32,000 bases of DNA from Marinagarivorans cellulosilyticus (GCF_021655555.1 NZ_AP023086.1:1579182-1611181); one strand, 5' to 3'. Positions 18,901-26,039 are shown, numbered from the stretch's first letter. Numbers and translations are program-made. The notes: generated by a model from the letters alone, not told the origin.

Positions 18901-21359
18901 TCCTAAATCACATTGATCAATTTGACGCAGATTTTTTTGGAATATCCGAGAGCGATGCGCAATTGATGGACCCACAGCAAAGAATGTTTTTGCAGCTTGT
19001 TTGGCACACGATTGAAGACGCGGGCTACAGTGTCGAGTCCTTCGCTGGCAGTAAAACAGGGTTATATGCCGGCCTTTCTAACCGAGATTATTCAGAATAT
19101 CTTGCCAAGCAAGGTGTTGGGCTGAGTCCACAAATGAGCTTTGGAAACAATAATGCTTTCCTGGTGAATCGAATTTCCTATTTACTGGATTTTAATGGCC
19201 CCAGTGAAGCAGTTGATACACTTTGTTCAAGTTCACTGGTGGCTCTACAAAGAGCAGTTCTGGATATTCAAAACGGAATTTGTGATCAGGCCGTTGTTGG
19301 CGGAATTAGCTTGTTAGTGAGCCCAAGATTAAGCTCCGTATTTGAGCAAGCGAGTATGCTAAGTGAGGATGGGCGCTGTAAACCTTTTGATGAGCATGCC
19401 AATGGCTTTGTCAGGGGTGAAGGAGGCGGTGCCATATTTGTTAAGCCCTTGGATAAGGCGGTTAGCGATGGCGACAATATACTCGCCGTTATCAAGGGTA
19501 GCTTTGTGAATCATGGCGGTAGAGCAAACTCGTTGACGGCACCTAATCTAAAAATTCAAAAACAGCTTTTCCAAGATGCCTATAAACGCGCGAAAATTAA
19601 TCCAGCAACTGTATCCTTAATTGAAACGCATGGAACAGGAACAAAATTAGGTGACCCCATTGAAATAAAAGCAATGAAAAAAGCTTTTGAGGAGTGGGGC
19701 GTTACTGAAGGCGGCACAGAAAAGGCTTGTGCTCTCGGCGCACTTAAATCGAATATAGGCCATCTAGAGTCGGCATCGGGTATAGCAAGCTTGATCAAAG
19801 TTTTACTGTGTATGCGCCACAAAACACTACCAAAACAGATTCACCTTCAAAAAGAAAACCCCTACTTGGAATTGAGTAAAACGCCTTTTTACCTAGTGAC
19901 GGAGAATCAGCCTTGGGTAGCCAAAACAGGTGGAGATGGAACCGTACAGCCGAGGAGAGCAGGCGTTACATCTTTTGGTGCAGGTGGGGTTAATGCTCAT
20001 ATCATCCTCGAAGAATATCTGGAGGAGTATATAGCCCCTCAACATGTTGATAACAATCCCATAAATTTGACAGAAGACACGATTGTTCTGCTTACCTTAA
20101 GCGCAAAGACTGACAAAAGCTTACGTCATTATGCGGCGGATCTATTAGCTTACATAAACAATCATACGGTTGATTTGACTGAATTGGCGTACACCTTACA
20201 GCAAGGTAGGTCAAACCACGCAGTCAAACTATCCATTGAAGTTGCTAATATTATTGAGCTTAAAGCCGCCTTGGAACCCTTTATTTCAGGTGAGCACTCA
20301 AGTCGGATCAGTTATTCGAAAAATGGCGAAATCGTATATCTCGCTCAGTCGAGCAGTGACAAACTAACACTGATTAACAAAAAATGGCTGAGTGGTGAAG
20401 TTGTAGACTGGAGCACGCTATATATCGATCAGCGTGTCAAGCGCATTTCATTACCAGGTTATCCATTCTCGAATAAATCCTACTGGGTAGAAAAGAAATC
20501 GTTTAAGCCGACTGCCAATGTTAATTTTGATAAACAAAACTATACAGAAAATTTTATAAATAAAGACTTCAACCAAGGTGAGGCCTATTTGGCTGGGCAC
20601 AAAGTATTTGGCGACGAAGTGTTACTGGGCGTGACCTACCCGTCTATGGCTATTGAGTTTTCACGTAATAACTCCAACGGGGCCAATATTAACAGCGTAA
20701 AAAATGTCGTTTTTAACGAGCCTTTGGTACTCGAAAAAAATAACTCTGCTCGAGTTGTTGTGAGCTATACCGGTAAGGATAAAGGCATAGATTTTAAAAC
20801 CTACTTTCAGGTTAAGGGAAGCCACGAGACAAAATTATCATCGGTTGGGCGTTTAACAAGCGGGCAGCTAAGTAATGACGTGTTACCCATCAGTGCATTG
20901 ATGAACAAGATCGCCTCGGTACATCAGCAAAACGAAGTCTACAAACTCCTACGAGATCAGGGCGTTGACTATTCGGGTAGCTTGTTAACGCTTCATCGCG
21001 TACTGCTTGGCGAGAATGTCGCTATCGGGGAAATTGAGCTAAGGGATGATTTAATCAATAGCACCTCTGACTACCAATTACACCCAGTCTGGTTGGACAG
21101 TGCCATTGTGTGTGGCAAGTTTGCATTCCTAAAAGATCAGGATGCTTTATACATCCCATTTAGCATCGACCAAATAACCTTTAAAACTAAGCCGAGCAGA
21201 AAATCCTACTGCGTGGTTAAGAAGACTTTACTCAACGAGCAGATTTTGAAGTTCGATGTGTCCATTTGTGATCGTTGGGGAACGGTTTCGGTTGAAGCAA
21301 AAGGAATGTCCTGTAAGAGAGTTTTAAGCCAAGGCCAATGGAGTAAGAAAAACGCGTGA
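9957..21359 (+). CDS. Hybrid NRPS/trans-AT-type PKS megasynthase 1: FT - C-like(truncated) - A(Gly-like) - carrier - KS - DH* - KR - ACP - ACP - KS - DH
   Basis: 3800-aa ORF with ordered motifs as listed in the sub-features. No AT GHSxG domain lies between KS and downstream domains; post-KS linkers are retained (QFWLAGSEVNWRALY...LPLHPFAQTTFWL). The start codon is TTG 9957 or ATG 9969. Confidence 0.93.
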   Translation: MGVRMDHQKFSCLIIGGTSLLIECANKWIVNGHVIKLVVTDDNDVERWAKGHDIEVIRKGSSDYLDRVMGMNFDYLFSIVNLDILPKAIINAPAILAINYHDGPLPKYGGIHATSWAIANQEPSHGISWHEMLIGVDEGRIINQQVFDIEEGESAFTLNLKCFEYAIEGFDQLVSSIEAGSLELISQDLSERSYVGKYKRPKQLAVIDWNRPSKEIVSFVKALDFEHVENPLGIAKVHINNRFFQVKEAQSTGTRSSGRPGVVESIGPNYVEVSTTTESVKLRDFKTLCGQELDFNSITNELKEGADLNFYCFDNEQTIYEESAKREVFWVRKYQEAVKVTKKKSGLPKEPSYRASIPLTDYEMDALQNNSIAAVISLLGAFIAWSRRGQGFCVGLRCSESPVEGYFFDTHPLVMEDASGMSFEDIASKIELQLREITKNEHCPIDIFSRYSSLNSQSVKGNCYEYDFIVDVNESIDYDNDYVLDDQVRLNLSLENNEWNVIAGPKFDKDLLERFTKYYSLFSSSITTKPSAKREALSGLSLISGAQIAEIDGLNDTRVAMPNKSVCEIILDKASETPNAIAVISSSTEYSYQQLQDRVSEISGCLISLGIKSGDRIGILLNRSFDMVAAFIATMKVSAVYVPLDPIYPPDRLQHMIEDSGLKVLISVENILSKLENYNGSSLLLDKDMFGGTDDLAQFPGIEDSAYIIYTSGSTGKPKGVEINHKSLTNFILSMAEEPGLSKDDHLLSVTTVCFDIAALEIYLPLTQGATLELCTEMEAKDGFALLEKLEQGRITALQATPTTWEMLIAAGWEGKEKIKAMCGGEPLRRELALKLIPRCFELWNMYGPTETTIWSSIKLIKDADEITVGRPIANTTMYVLDESLKPVWPGEKGELFIGGAGVAVGYWNREELTKERFVSQSIFNRSPERLYRTGDAAKLSTHNEVVCLGRMDNQIKLNGYRIELGEIESTIESISGIEKCVVILFESMGESKLHAFLLMDDEGKQPKVSELSASIATKLPEYMVPSEYQFVSEFSLTLNGKVDRKELLKRLDDRPPKTTAKDNLDLPQSNSIAYKQLEQNLEDNKGSTGSEAELKQAACARSVTGALYDLLANDLENIVKELIHLDDIDRDLPFGQYGFNSLGFTRFSAEIRNRYNVRVSPATFYSHSNLNKLVDFLIDGKYSAEISEYYREVLVENYRDVEEPLYSGDQDSDAQKGSSQNSGVSAMPLEDTKDGKHINGSFNSREPIAVIGMSVKMPQADNLDEYWENLISRKDCVTHIPESRWDWKNTDFEQRSENPYKWGGFIPHAASFDASFFKISPREAELMDPQQRLFLQASYHAIEDAGYCPDELNGSDTGVYVGVVTSDYWDLIQREDISPDGYTISGNINCVIANRISYHFNFTGPSSVIDTACSSSLVALHRAVQAMRSGECSQAVVGGVNIIASPYIHHSFSKNGMLSKDGRCMSFDHRANGYVRSEGIAAVILKPLSAAERDGDKIYGTILGTAENHGGKANSLSAPSGEAQSQLIQKAIKNANVDPNTISYIEAHGSGTPLGDPIEIAGIQNAYESLGVDSDHQDEICGIGSVKSNVGHLEAVAGLAGLVKVLLSLKNEVIPGMPNYEAKNPHIDLNENLFQFVSRPREWKRKSGVGNGAGRRAGVSSFGFGGVNAHVIVEEYQARDESQSGNRANALLISAPNKDKLERLVQQYLVHTLSDGGNTWEEICYTSQVGRQHFDERLIVCAASKQQAKNALEKHVDRWGSANEVLSGNVREQKEILDKLFSNIGNTSIVKTLIEQKQFNSIAQFWLAGSEVNWRALYEAAKIKRASLPLHPFAQTTFWLPNKSTHLFEAELQNAIRENSHLDHPFYDSLAASCGNLIFSLDPKDPIVGDHIVDSKVIFPAVGYLEFARLAGDQFNRENLNLPVVKLKNNVWFHALDVGFHESNKKLSIRLENRKSKVVYTIESMSELSSGQVHARGEIEYGEKPSGLVVTIDINDIRKRCNLKLERKAVYDLFSQLKFEYKTGYMPLEEVYLNDKEALSRITLPEKFENKESIVLHPSLLEGGIQTVIGILSHPSHDSSSAYLPFSMSSITINEKLSSECYIHAKLVSDELSERRGVRTFDIDIYDISGTLLVKIEGYSLKTLNALADNGNQTSPSASNVFHCFKKTWAQEPLSPIEGFHFETILLFSNEQESVDLIQAHIGTDIRVIQVMEGDRFTELSPSKFVSKGDKESLSILLEQIGEPLDAIIYGWGHERGATDESNVNEHIEQTIIPLFNLCSILSNPIYKGINLRLLCLAHIDHGEINPVQMGMGGLLRSLYQETRALKGSLVCLEALSENNVKPLIAEIAADQCYSEIKIQDGSRQVLNYKAKSVPVFIEENKFPVKPHAIYLVTGGTGAIGRKIIEHLHSIAGAKFIVIGRRPLSSDVKLAWNNKGVNYQYHSADLNRFDQIQSIIQGLGVDASKIKGVIHCAGSIDDGLLSKKSSDQIYSVIQAKAVGLYTLDILTKNIQLDFFCCFSSISSVMGNMGQTDYGYANAVIDQFVENRSQQFEKGERSGVSLSINWPLWLDGGMQADEVATNYFKKSTGIHPITTETGMSMLAYAVNKESGQVILSAGDDKKILGAMSLRSSIQNKSKHKPKSEVLLKSVKAPLSCASAMDQSKANLSQTVVEELITISEGILKVDSGSITQDTRLADAGFDSISNTELTTAINDLYSVDVTPIIFFEYETLGEVTEFLLKEYRDSIVEHCGEQPSAVDNIILEATDSEQIGASAHSLRENGEALKDLVIDELKSLSAAILKIGKEQISADEKMADLGFDSISNTELSTAINDVFDVDMTPVVFFECDTLAEVSEHLIDEYSESLERYADEKGLSQQVEHSEKVSTPIIASEKESLSSSEAPSPEASRQDGNVASKNITTSDIAIVGMQAALPGSNGLDDFWEKLLSGTDFVGEIPENRWSWQEVYGEAGPEGKTRSKWGAFLNHIDQFDADFFGISESDAQLMDPQQRMFLQLVWHTIEDAGYSVESFAGSKTGLYAGLSNRDYSEYLAKQGVGLSPQMSFGNNNAFLVNRISYLLDFNGPSEAVDTLCSSSLVALQRAVLDIQNGICDQAVVGGISLLVSPRLSSVFEQASMLSEDGRCKPFDEHANGFVRGEGGGAIFVKPLDKAVSDGDNILAVIKGSFVNHGGRANSLTAPNLKIQKQLFQDAYKRAKINPATVSLIETHGTGTKLGDPIEIKAMKKAFEEWGVTEGGTEKACALGALKSNIGHLESASGIASLIKVLLCMRHKTLPKQIHLQKENPYLELSKTPFYLVTENQPWVAKTGGDGTVQPRRAGVTSFGAGGVNAHIILEEYLEEYIAPQHVDNNPINLTEDTIVLLTLSAKTDKSLRHYAADLLAYINNHTVDLTELAYTLQQGRSNHAVKLSIEVANIIELKAALEPFISGEHSSRISYSKNGEIVYLAQSSSDKLTLINKKWLSGEVVDWSTLYIDQRVKRISLPGYPFSNKSYWVEKKSFKPTANVNFDKQNYTENFINKDFNQGEAYLAGHKVFGDEVLLGVTYPSMAIEFSRNNSNGANINSVKNVVFNEPLVLEKNNSARVVVSYTGKDKGIDFKTYFQVKGSHETKLSSVGRLTSGQLSNDVLPISALMNKIASVHQQNEVYKLLRDQGVDYSGSLLTLHRVLLGENVAIGEIELRDDLINSTSDYQLHPVWLDSAIVCGKFAFLKDQDALYIPFSIDQITFKTKPSRKSYCVVKKTLLNEQILKFDVSICDRWGTVSVEAKGMSCKRVLSQGQWSKKNA
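9990..10710 (+). other. Domain: formyltransferase (methionyl-tRNA formyltransferase-like) at the N-terminus of megasynthase 1
   Basis: SCLIIGGTSLLIECANKW...FSIVNLDILPKAIINAPAILAINYHDGPLPKYGGIHATSWAI...GISWHEMLIGVDEGRIINQQ. The catalytic N-x-H and D of the formyltransferase family are retained. Confidence 0.88.
11001..11550 (+). other. Domain remnant: truncated condensation-like region without HHxxxDG
   Basis: KEPSYRASIPLTDYEMDALQNNSIAAVISLLGAFIAWSRRGQGFCVGLRCSESPVEGYFFDTHPLVMEDASGMSFEDIASKIE... resembles the C-terminal half of NRPS C domains (aaflawL.ry.gq....vG....R...eg.ig.f..t.Pl). The catalytic half is missing. Confidence 0.6.
11650..13115 (+). other. Domain: NRPS adenylation domain, predicted glycine
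   Basis: YIIYTSGSTGKPKG; FDIAALEIYLPL; NMYGPTETTIWSS; GELFIGGAGVAVGYWNREELT; LYRTGD; LGRMDNQIKLNGYRIELGEIE; NGKVDRK. Code by manual GrsA alignment: D I L Q M G M I W K. Confidence 0.9.
13260..13510 (+). other. Domain: carrier protein (first)
   Basis: YGFNSLGFTRFSAEIRNRYNVRVSPATFYSHSNLNKLVDFL; phosphopantetheine Ser in GFNSL. Confidence 0.85.
13695..14990 (+). other. Domain: ketosynthase 1
   Basis: EPIAVIGMSVKMP; MDPQQRLFLQ; DTACSSSLVAL; IEAHGSGTPLGDPIE; VKSNVGHLE; GVSSFGFGGVNAHVIVEEY. Confidence 0.95.
15530..16410 (+). other. Domain: dehydratase-fold domain with non-canonical catalytic residues
   Basis: GDHIVDSKVIFPAVGYLEFA (HxxxSxxxxP instead of HxxxGxxxxP) and LHPSLLEGGIQ (Glu where HPSLLD-type motifs carry the catalytic Asp). 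Confidence 0.8.
16450..17860 (+). other. Domain: ketoreductase
   Basis: YLVTGGTGAIGRKI; GVIHCAGSIDDGLL; FSSISSVMGNMGQTDYGYANAVIDQF; INWPLWLDGGMQAD. Catalytic Ser/Tyr/Asn are retained, and the xDD motif suggests B-type. Confidence 0.92.
17935..18550 (+). other. Domains: tandem ACP-ACP
   Basis: ITQDTRLADAGFDSISNTELTTAINDLYSVDVTPIIFFEYETLGEV and ISADEKMADLGFDSISNTELSTAINDVFDVDMTPVVFFECDTLAEV. Both have the GFDSI phosphopantetheine Ser. Confidence 0.95.
18715..20025 (+). other. Domain: ketosynthase 2
   Basis: SDIAIVGMQAALPG; LMDPQQRMFLQ; DTLCSSSLVALQRA; LIETHGTGTKLGDPIE; LKSNIGHLESASG; AGGVNAHIILEEY. Confidence 0.94.
20580..21330 (+). other. Domain: C-terminal dehydratase-fold domain, ending the polypeptide without a following ACP
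   Basis: YLAGHKVFGDEVLLGVTYPSMAIEF (HxxxG, with L instead of P at the tenth position) and YQLHPVWLDSAIV (HPxxxD retained). Confidence 0.75.
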
Positions 21360-21362
21360 TTA

Positions 21363-21561
21363 CCTTAGGGGCATCTCTAAAAATGCACTTTTTCCGCGAT
21401 AGCGGCTTACAGTTTTTTGCTCCTGCAAAACCTGTATTCAGTCCATCCATGGACATTAGCTCCGTCCTCGAGTCCTCATTTACACCACGTAAACTGCGGC
21501 TCTCCGGGCGGTGCTTCCTTGCTCTCACAAAAAAATTACTATTTTTAGAGGTGCCCTTAGG
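21363..21561. mobile_element. MITE-like element with imperfect terminal inverted repeats (copy 2 of the shared repeat family)
   Basis: Left end cttaggggcatctctaaaaat (21364-21384). Right end atttttagaggtgcccttagg (21541-21561), whose reverse complement is cctaagggcacctctaaaaat, 18/21 matching. The interior shares ctctcacaaaaaaattactatttttag exactly with 9001-9027 and has the hairpin gtccat-cc-atggac (21441-21454). CCTTAGG occurs at both ends. Length about 199 bp, no transposase. Confidence 0.65.
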
Positions 21562-21601
21562 TATGACCAAATCAATAGCCAGAAATCAGGGGGATTAATA
21601 G

Positions 21602-24600
21602 GTGTCAAAGTACTTTAAAGCAATAGACCGGTATGCCGTAGGGCATGCCAACATGATGATTAAATACCGATTTATAGTGGTAGCAATTTGTATTGCTGTG
21701 GCAATGGGAATTGCCTATGGCGGTAAGTTTTTGAATTTCTCCTCCGATTACCGAGTGTTCTTCTCGGGAAGCAATCCGGAGCTTAATACTTTCGAAAGCT
21801 TCCAAAAAACCTACACAAAGAACGATAACTTTTTCTTTGTCCTAGAGCCAAAAGACGGAAACGTATTTACCAATCAAACCCTGCGTGCAGTCGAAAAACT
21901 AACAGAACAATCTTGGCACATTCCGTTTGTTAATCGTGTTGATTCGCTTAGTAATTTCCAAAATTCTTACAACGTCGGTGACGATCTTGTTGTAGAAGAT
22001 TTGATATATCAAGCGGAGGGCCTTTCCGGGAGCGCGATTAGAAAAATTCGTGAAACAGCACTCAACGAACCGTTACTGGCAGATTTGCTAATCACTAAAA
22101 GTGGTGATGCAACGGGCATCAATGTTGTCTTGCAGTATCCAGGGAACAGCCTGTACGAGGTACCTACAGCGGCAGCAAAGGCACGAGAGCTTAAGGCTGC
22201 CATAGAAACAGAATTCCCAGATATTGATGTGTCACTAACTGGGTTTTCAATGTTGAATAATGCGTTTGCTGAAGCGGGCTACTTGGATTCTATTAAGCTA
22301 GTACCGGTGATGTATGCGGTACTTACATTTATTACTTTGGTTGCACTTAGGTCATTTTTAGCGACTTTTGTCGTGGTGGGCATTGTGTATTTATCCATGG
22401 GCGTTGGAATGGGAGCGGGTGGCTTTGGTGGAGTACTCCTTACGCCAATTTCTAACTCTGCACCAATCGTAATTTTAACGCTGGCTATCGCAGATTGCGT
22501 CCATATATTTATGACAATCAATATGGCAATGAAGAGAGGGCTATCAAGAAACGAAGCAATTGTAGAGTCAATTAGATCAAACCTAATGCCTGTTACTATT
22601 ACTTCGCTAACAACCATTGTTGGTTTTATGGCGTTAAACTTTTCAGATGCACCACCTTATTGGCATTTGGGCAATATGGCCTCTGCCGGTATAGCCGCTG
22701 CATGGATACTGTCGTTGACTTTATTGCCTGCGGCTATCTCCATATTACCTTATCGTGTGAAGAAAAAATCTAAGGCAGCGTTATCTGAGGTATATATTAC
22801 AAAATTCTCGAAATTTGTATCGTCTAACCCTAAGACCCTTGTATCAACTTGCGTGTTAGCTTGTTTAGCGTCATTGGCATTTGTTCCATCCATTGACCTA
22901 GATGACCAATGGTCCGACTATTTTTCGAAGGAAATTGAGTTTAGAAATGATACCGATCAAGCAACGACCAAATTTGGCTTATACCCCATCGAATACTCAG
23001 TACCTGCTAGCGGGCCTGGTGGTATTAGTAATCGAGAGTATTTAACGAAGCTAGAAGAGTTCACCTCGTATTTGCGTGGCCTCGATAATGTGGCTCACGT
23101 CTACTCTGTCACCGATATCATTAAGCGTCTCAATAAAAACATTAATAATGATAAGGACGAGTTTTACAAAATTCCCCAGGTCGATAATGAAGCCGCTCAA
23201 TACCTTCTTCTTTATGAGCTATCTCTTCCGTACGGCTTAGATTTAAATGATCGTATAAATATTGATAAATCCGCGACTCGCGTGACGGTAACTTTAGGTA
23301 AAACATCAACCTCTGAGACAAAGGTCTTCCTGAATACGGCGGACGAATGGATTGCTAAAAATTTCCCTGCATATATGAAAGAAACAAGGCCGACGAGTGC
23401 TCAGGTTATGTTTACTTACATTGCTGACCGAAATGTCCAGAGCATGATAGCGGGAACAATCATTGCCATCGTACTAATCTCGATTATTCTTATTTTTGCT
23501 TTAAGAAGTGTGCGCTTGGGTTTACTCAGTCTCGTACCCAATGCATTACCTATTATCACTGCCTTTGGGGTATGGGGCGTTCTTGTTGGTACGGTGGGCT
23601 TTTCAGTAGCCGCTGTGGCAGCAATTTCATTAGGTATTGTGGTGGATGATACTGTTCACTTCCTAACGAAATACGAAACCGCGCGAAGAGAAAAGGGATT
23701 ATCACCGGCAGAGTCCGTCGAATATTCATTTCAAAATGTAGGTTTGGCCATAGTTATCAATACTTTCATATTAGTTATTGGGTTCTTGGTAATGGCCAGC
23801 TCCTCCTTCAAGATCAATTCCGATCTAGGATATTTGACAGTAATTACTATCGTCGCGGCTCTAATTCTTGATTTTCTATTATTACCCTCACTTTTATTAT
23901 TGCTCGATAAAAAGAAGGAGCCAGCAATGGACGAAAAGACTGTTTCAGGTACCGTTTCTCCGGGAATTTCTATTTCTACTACTGTCGGCGCCACGTTGCT
24001 CTTTATTGCCGTCATAGGCGCCTCGGTAAGTGTGCCCGTAATCGCGCAAGCGAATGAAGACAAGGGCTATCGAATTTCTGCTATGTCGGATCGAAGTGAT
24101 AGGGGTTTTATTAGTAGCGATGTCTCTTTGCAGATGGTTCTTCACAATAGTACTGGCAACAAGGCAACGAGAGACCTACAAATAAAAACTTTGGAAGTAA
24201 TAGACGAAAACCTAGGTGATAAAAGTATCGTTATCTTTAGCGAGCCAAATGATATTGCCGGCACCGCTTTGTTATCTCACGCGAAAATACTCGATGCGGA
24301 CGATCAGTGGTTATACCTGCCGACCCTTAAGCGTGTTAAGAGAATTTCGTCAAAGAACAAATCTGGGCCTTTTGTGGGTTCAGAGTTTGCCTTTGAGGAT
24401 TTCACAGCGTTAGAACTCAATAAATATTCTCACGAATGGGTGGAGGAGCAAGCCTGCGCAGAGCTCAAGTGTGATGTCATCAAGCGCATTCCTCAATATG
24501 AATTTTCCGGCTACAAGCATCTTCTTGTGTGGATTGATCAGAATGATCATCAGGTGAGAAAAGTTGAGTTTTACGACCGAAAAGGAGACTTGCTTAAGAC

Positions 24601-24772
24601 TCTAAATCTAGAAGACTACCGCAAGTACGGGAGTTACTGGCGGGCACATGCGCTTCATATGATAAATCATCAAACGAATAAGAAAACCGATCTCATTTAT
24701 GGTGACTATGCATTTAGCACAGATTTGAGTGCTCGAGATTTCGAGAAGGGTAGGTTGAAGCAGATCCGGTAG
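21602..24772 (+). CDS. RND-superfamily (MMPL-type) transporter with C-terminal fused LolA-like outer-membrane-lipoprotein-sorting domain
   Basis: 1056-aa ORF (GTG start, gggga SD). RND features: LNFSSDYRVFFSGSNPEL, VALRSFLATFVVVGIVYLSMGVGMGAGG, NSAPIVILTLAIADCVHIF, AVAAISLGIVVDDTVHFLTKYE. The C-terminal 220 aa, YRISAMSDRSDRGFISSDVSLQMVLHNSTGNKATRDLQIKTLE...DQWLYLPTLKRVKRISSKNKSGPFVGSEFAFEDFTALELNKY...RKVEFYDRKGDLLKTLNLEDYRKYGSYWRAHALHMINHQTNKKTDLIY, are typical of LolA-like sorting proteins. Confidence 0.88.
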   Translation: MSKYFKAIDRYAVGHANMMIKYRFIVVAICIAVAMGIAYGGKFLNFSSDYRVFFSGSNPELNTFESFQKTYTKNDNFFFVLEPKDGNVFTNQTLRAVEKLTEQSWHIPFVNRVDSLSNFQNSYNVGDDLVVEDLIYQAEGLSGSAIRKIRETALNEPLLADLLITKSGDATGINVVLQYPGNSLYEVPTAAAKARELKAAIETEFPDIDVSLTGFSMLNNAFAEAGYLDSIKLVPVMYAVLTFITLVALRSFLATFVVVGIVYLSMGVGMGAGGFGGVLLTPISNSAPIVILTLAIADCVHIFMTINMAMKRGLSRNEAIVESIRSNLMPVTITSLTTIVGFMALNFSDAPPYWHLGNMASAGIAAAWILSLTLLPAAISILPYRVKKKSKAALSEVYITKFSKFVSSNPKTLVSTCVLACLASLAFVPSIDLDDQWSDYFSKEIEFRNDTDQATTKFGLYPIEYSVPASGPGGISNREYLTKLEEFTSYLRGLDNVAHVYSVTDIIKRLNKNINNDKDEFYKIPQVDNEAAQYLLLYELSLPYGLDLNDRINIDKSATRVTVTLGKTSTSETKVFLNTADEWIAKNFPAYMKETRPTSAQVMFTYIADRNVQSMIAGTIIAIVLISIILIFALRSVRLGLLSLVPNALPIITAFGVWGVLVGTVGFSVAAVAAISLGIVVDDTVHFLTKYETARREKGLSPAESVEYSFQNVGLAIVINTFILVIGFLVMASSSFKINSDLGYLTVITIVAALILDFLLLPSLLLLLDKKKEPAMDEKTVSGTVSPGISISTTVGATLLFIAVIGASVSVPVIAQANEDKGYRISAMSDRSDRGFISSDVSLQMVLHNSTGNKATRDLQIKTLEVIDENLGDKSIVIFSEPNDIAGTALLSHAKILDADDQWLYLPTLKRVKRISSKNKSGPFVGSEFAFEDFTALELNKYSHEWVEEQACAELKCDVIKRIPQYEFSGYKHLLVWIDQNDHQVRKVEFYDRKGDLLKTLNLEDYRKYGSYWRAHALHMINHQTNKKTDLIYGDYAFSTDLSARDFEKGRLKQIR

Positions 24773-24777
24773 TTTTA

Positions 24778-25962
24778 ATGCAAATGTATCAGAGAAATTT
24801 GGCGAGATTAACACTGTGCGTAGCTTCTCTTTTTACTGTTGAGGTTTACGCTGATGATCTAAGTCTCGGTGGAAGTGTGGGGTTCGAGCATCGACACTTT
24901 TTCGAATCTCCACAATACGAGGAGCAATCTAAAAGTGTAAGTACTGAGGTTGTATTTGAACCGGAACTGGCTTTTAGCTTAGGCAGGAACAACCAGTTTT
25001 CTTTCAAAGGGTTTGTTCGCGAAAACAGTGAGGACGAACAAAGAAATCACAGTGATATTCGTGAGCTTTATTGGAATTATCAGGGTGATTTATTCGATCT
25101 GACTGTTGGGGTGAACAAGATCCATTGGGGTGTTGTTGAGTCGCTAAATGTTGTGAATATTATTAATCAGATTGACTATGTGGAAGACATCTCCTTGGAT
25201 GAAAGGTTGGGCCAGCCAATGCTTGGAATAAGCGCCACAAATGACTGGGGCACTATCTCGGCATATTGGTTAACTCACTTTAGGGAGAGAACATTTCCTG
25301 GCGAGAAAGGGCATTTCAGACTTTCTCTACCAGTAGATGTGAATAATGCAGAATATTCTGGCGTTGAAAAGAATGACCATAAAGACCATGCGCTTCGGTA
25401 TTCTCATTATTTTGGAGATCTTGATGTGGGACTCCACTGGTTTAATGGAATCGACAGAAGCCCAGAATTCCGGGTAGATGCGGATCGATTAATTCCTGTC
25501 TACAGTCATTTAGAGCAGTTTGGTTATGATTTTCAATACACCTTTGATGCTTGGTTACTAAAAGCTGAGGGCGTTTATAAGACAAAGAGTCAAGAGAGTT
25601 CCTATTCGTTAGTGACTGGCCTGGAATATACCATTTTTCAGTTTTTTGGGGGCACGGGTGATCTCGGTTTTTTATTTGAGTACCTCTACGACAGCCGAGA
25701 AGCCGTTGATCCTCTTTTCGAGAACGATGCGTTTATCGGCCTTCGATACGTTATGAATAATGTTCAGGATACAACCTATTTAATTGGTGCGATAAGGGAC
25801 TCCAAAACCAGTGAAACTGTCGTTAACCTAGAATTCACCACAAGAGTTGGCTCCCAATTTTTACTGGAAGTTAATGGTATTTATTTTGATAACGCGGAAT
25901 ATTCGTTTCAAAGTTTTGCGAAAGATAGCAGTGTGTCTTTAAACCTAAGTTGGCACTTTTGA
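24778..25962 (+). CDS. Outer-membrane beta-barrel protein (DUF1302-like)
   Basis: Signal peptide followed by many alternating amphipathic strands and a C-terminal aromatic (SLNLSWHF); VGVNKIHWGVVESLNVVNIINQIDYVEDI...GQPMLGISATNDWGTISAYWL. Starts 5 bp after the RND gene. Confidence 0.7.
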   Translation: MQMYQRNLARLTLCVASLFTVEVYADDLSLGGSVGFEHRHFFESPQYEEQSKSVSTEVVFEPELAFSLGRNNQFSFKGFVRENSEDEQRNHSDIRELYWNYQGDLFDLTVGVNKIHWGVVESLNVVNIINQIDYVEDISLDERLGQPMLGISATNDWGTISAYWLTHFRERTFPGEKGHFRLSLPVDVNNAEYSGVEKNDHKDHALRYSHYFGDLDVGLHWFNGIDRSPEFRVDADRLIPVYSHLEQFGYDFQYTFDAWLLKAEGVYKTKSQESSYSLVTGLEYTIFQFFGGTGDLGFLFEYLYDSREAVDPLFENDAFIGLRYVMNNVQDTTYLIGAIRDSKTSETVVNLEFTTRVGSQFLLEVNGIYFDNAEYSFQSFAKDSSVSLNLSWHF

Positions 25963-26039
25963 ATGATCATCTTTGATTAAGCAGGGTACAACCTAGTAAT
26001 AGCAATTAATTTAGTCTTTAACTAATGCAGGATTATGTT

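Noticed and set aside
22279-22617. Minus-strand ORFs within the RND gene
   Set aside because: The opposite strand has unambiguous RND motifs over the same bases.
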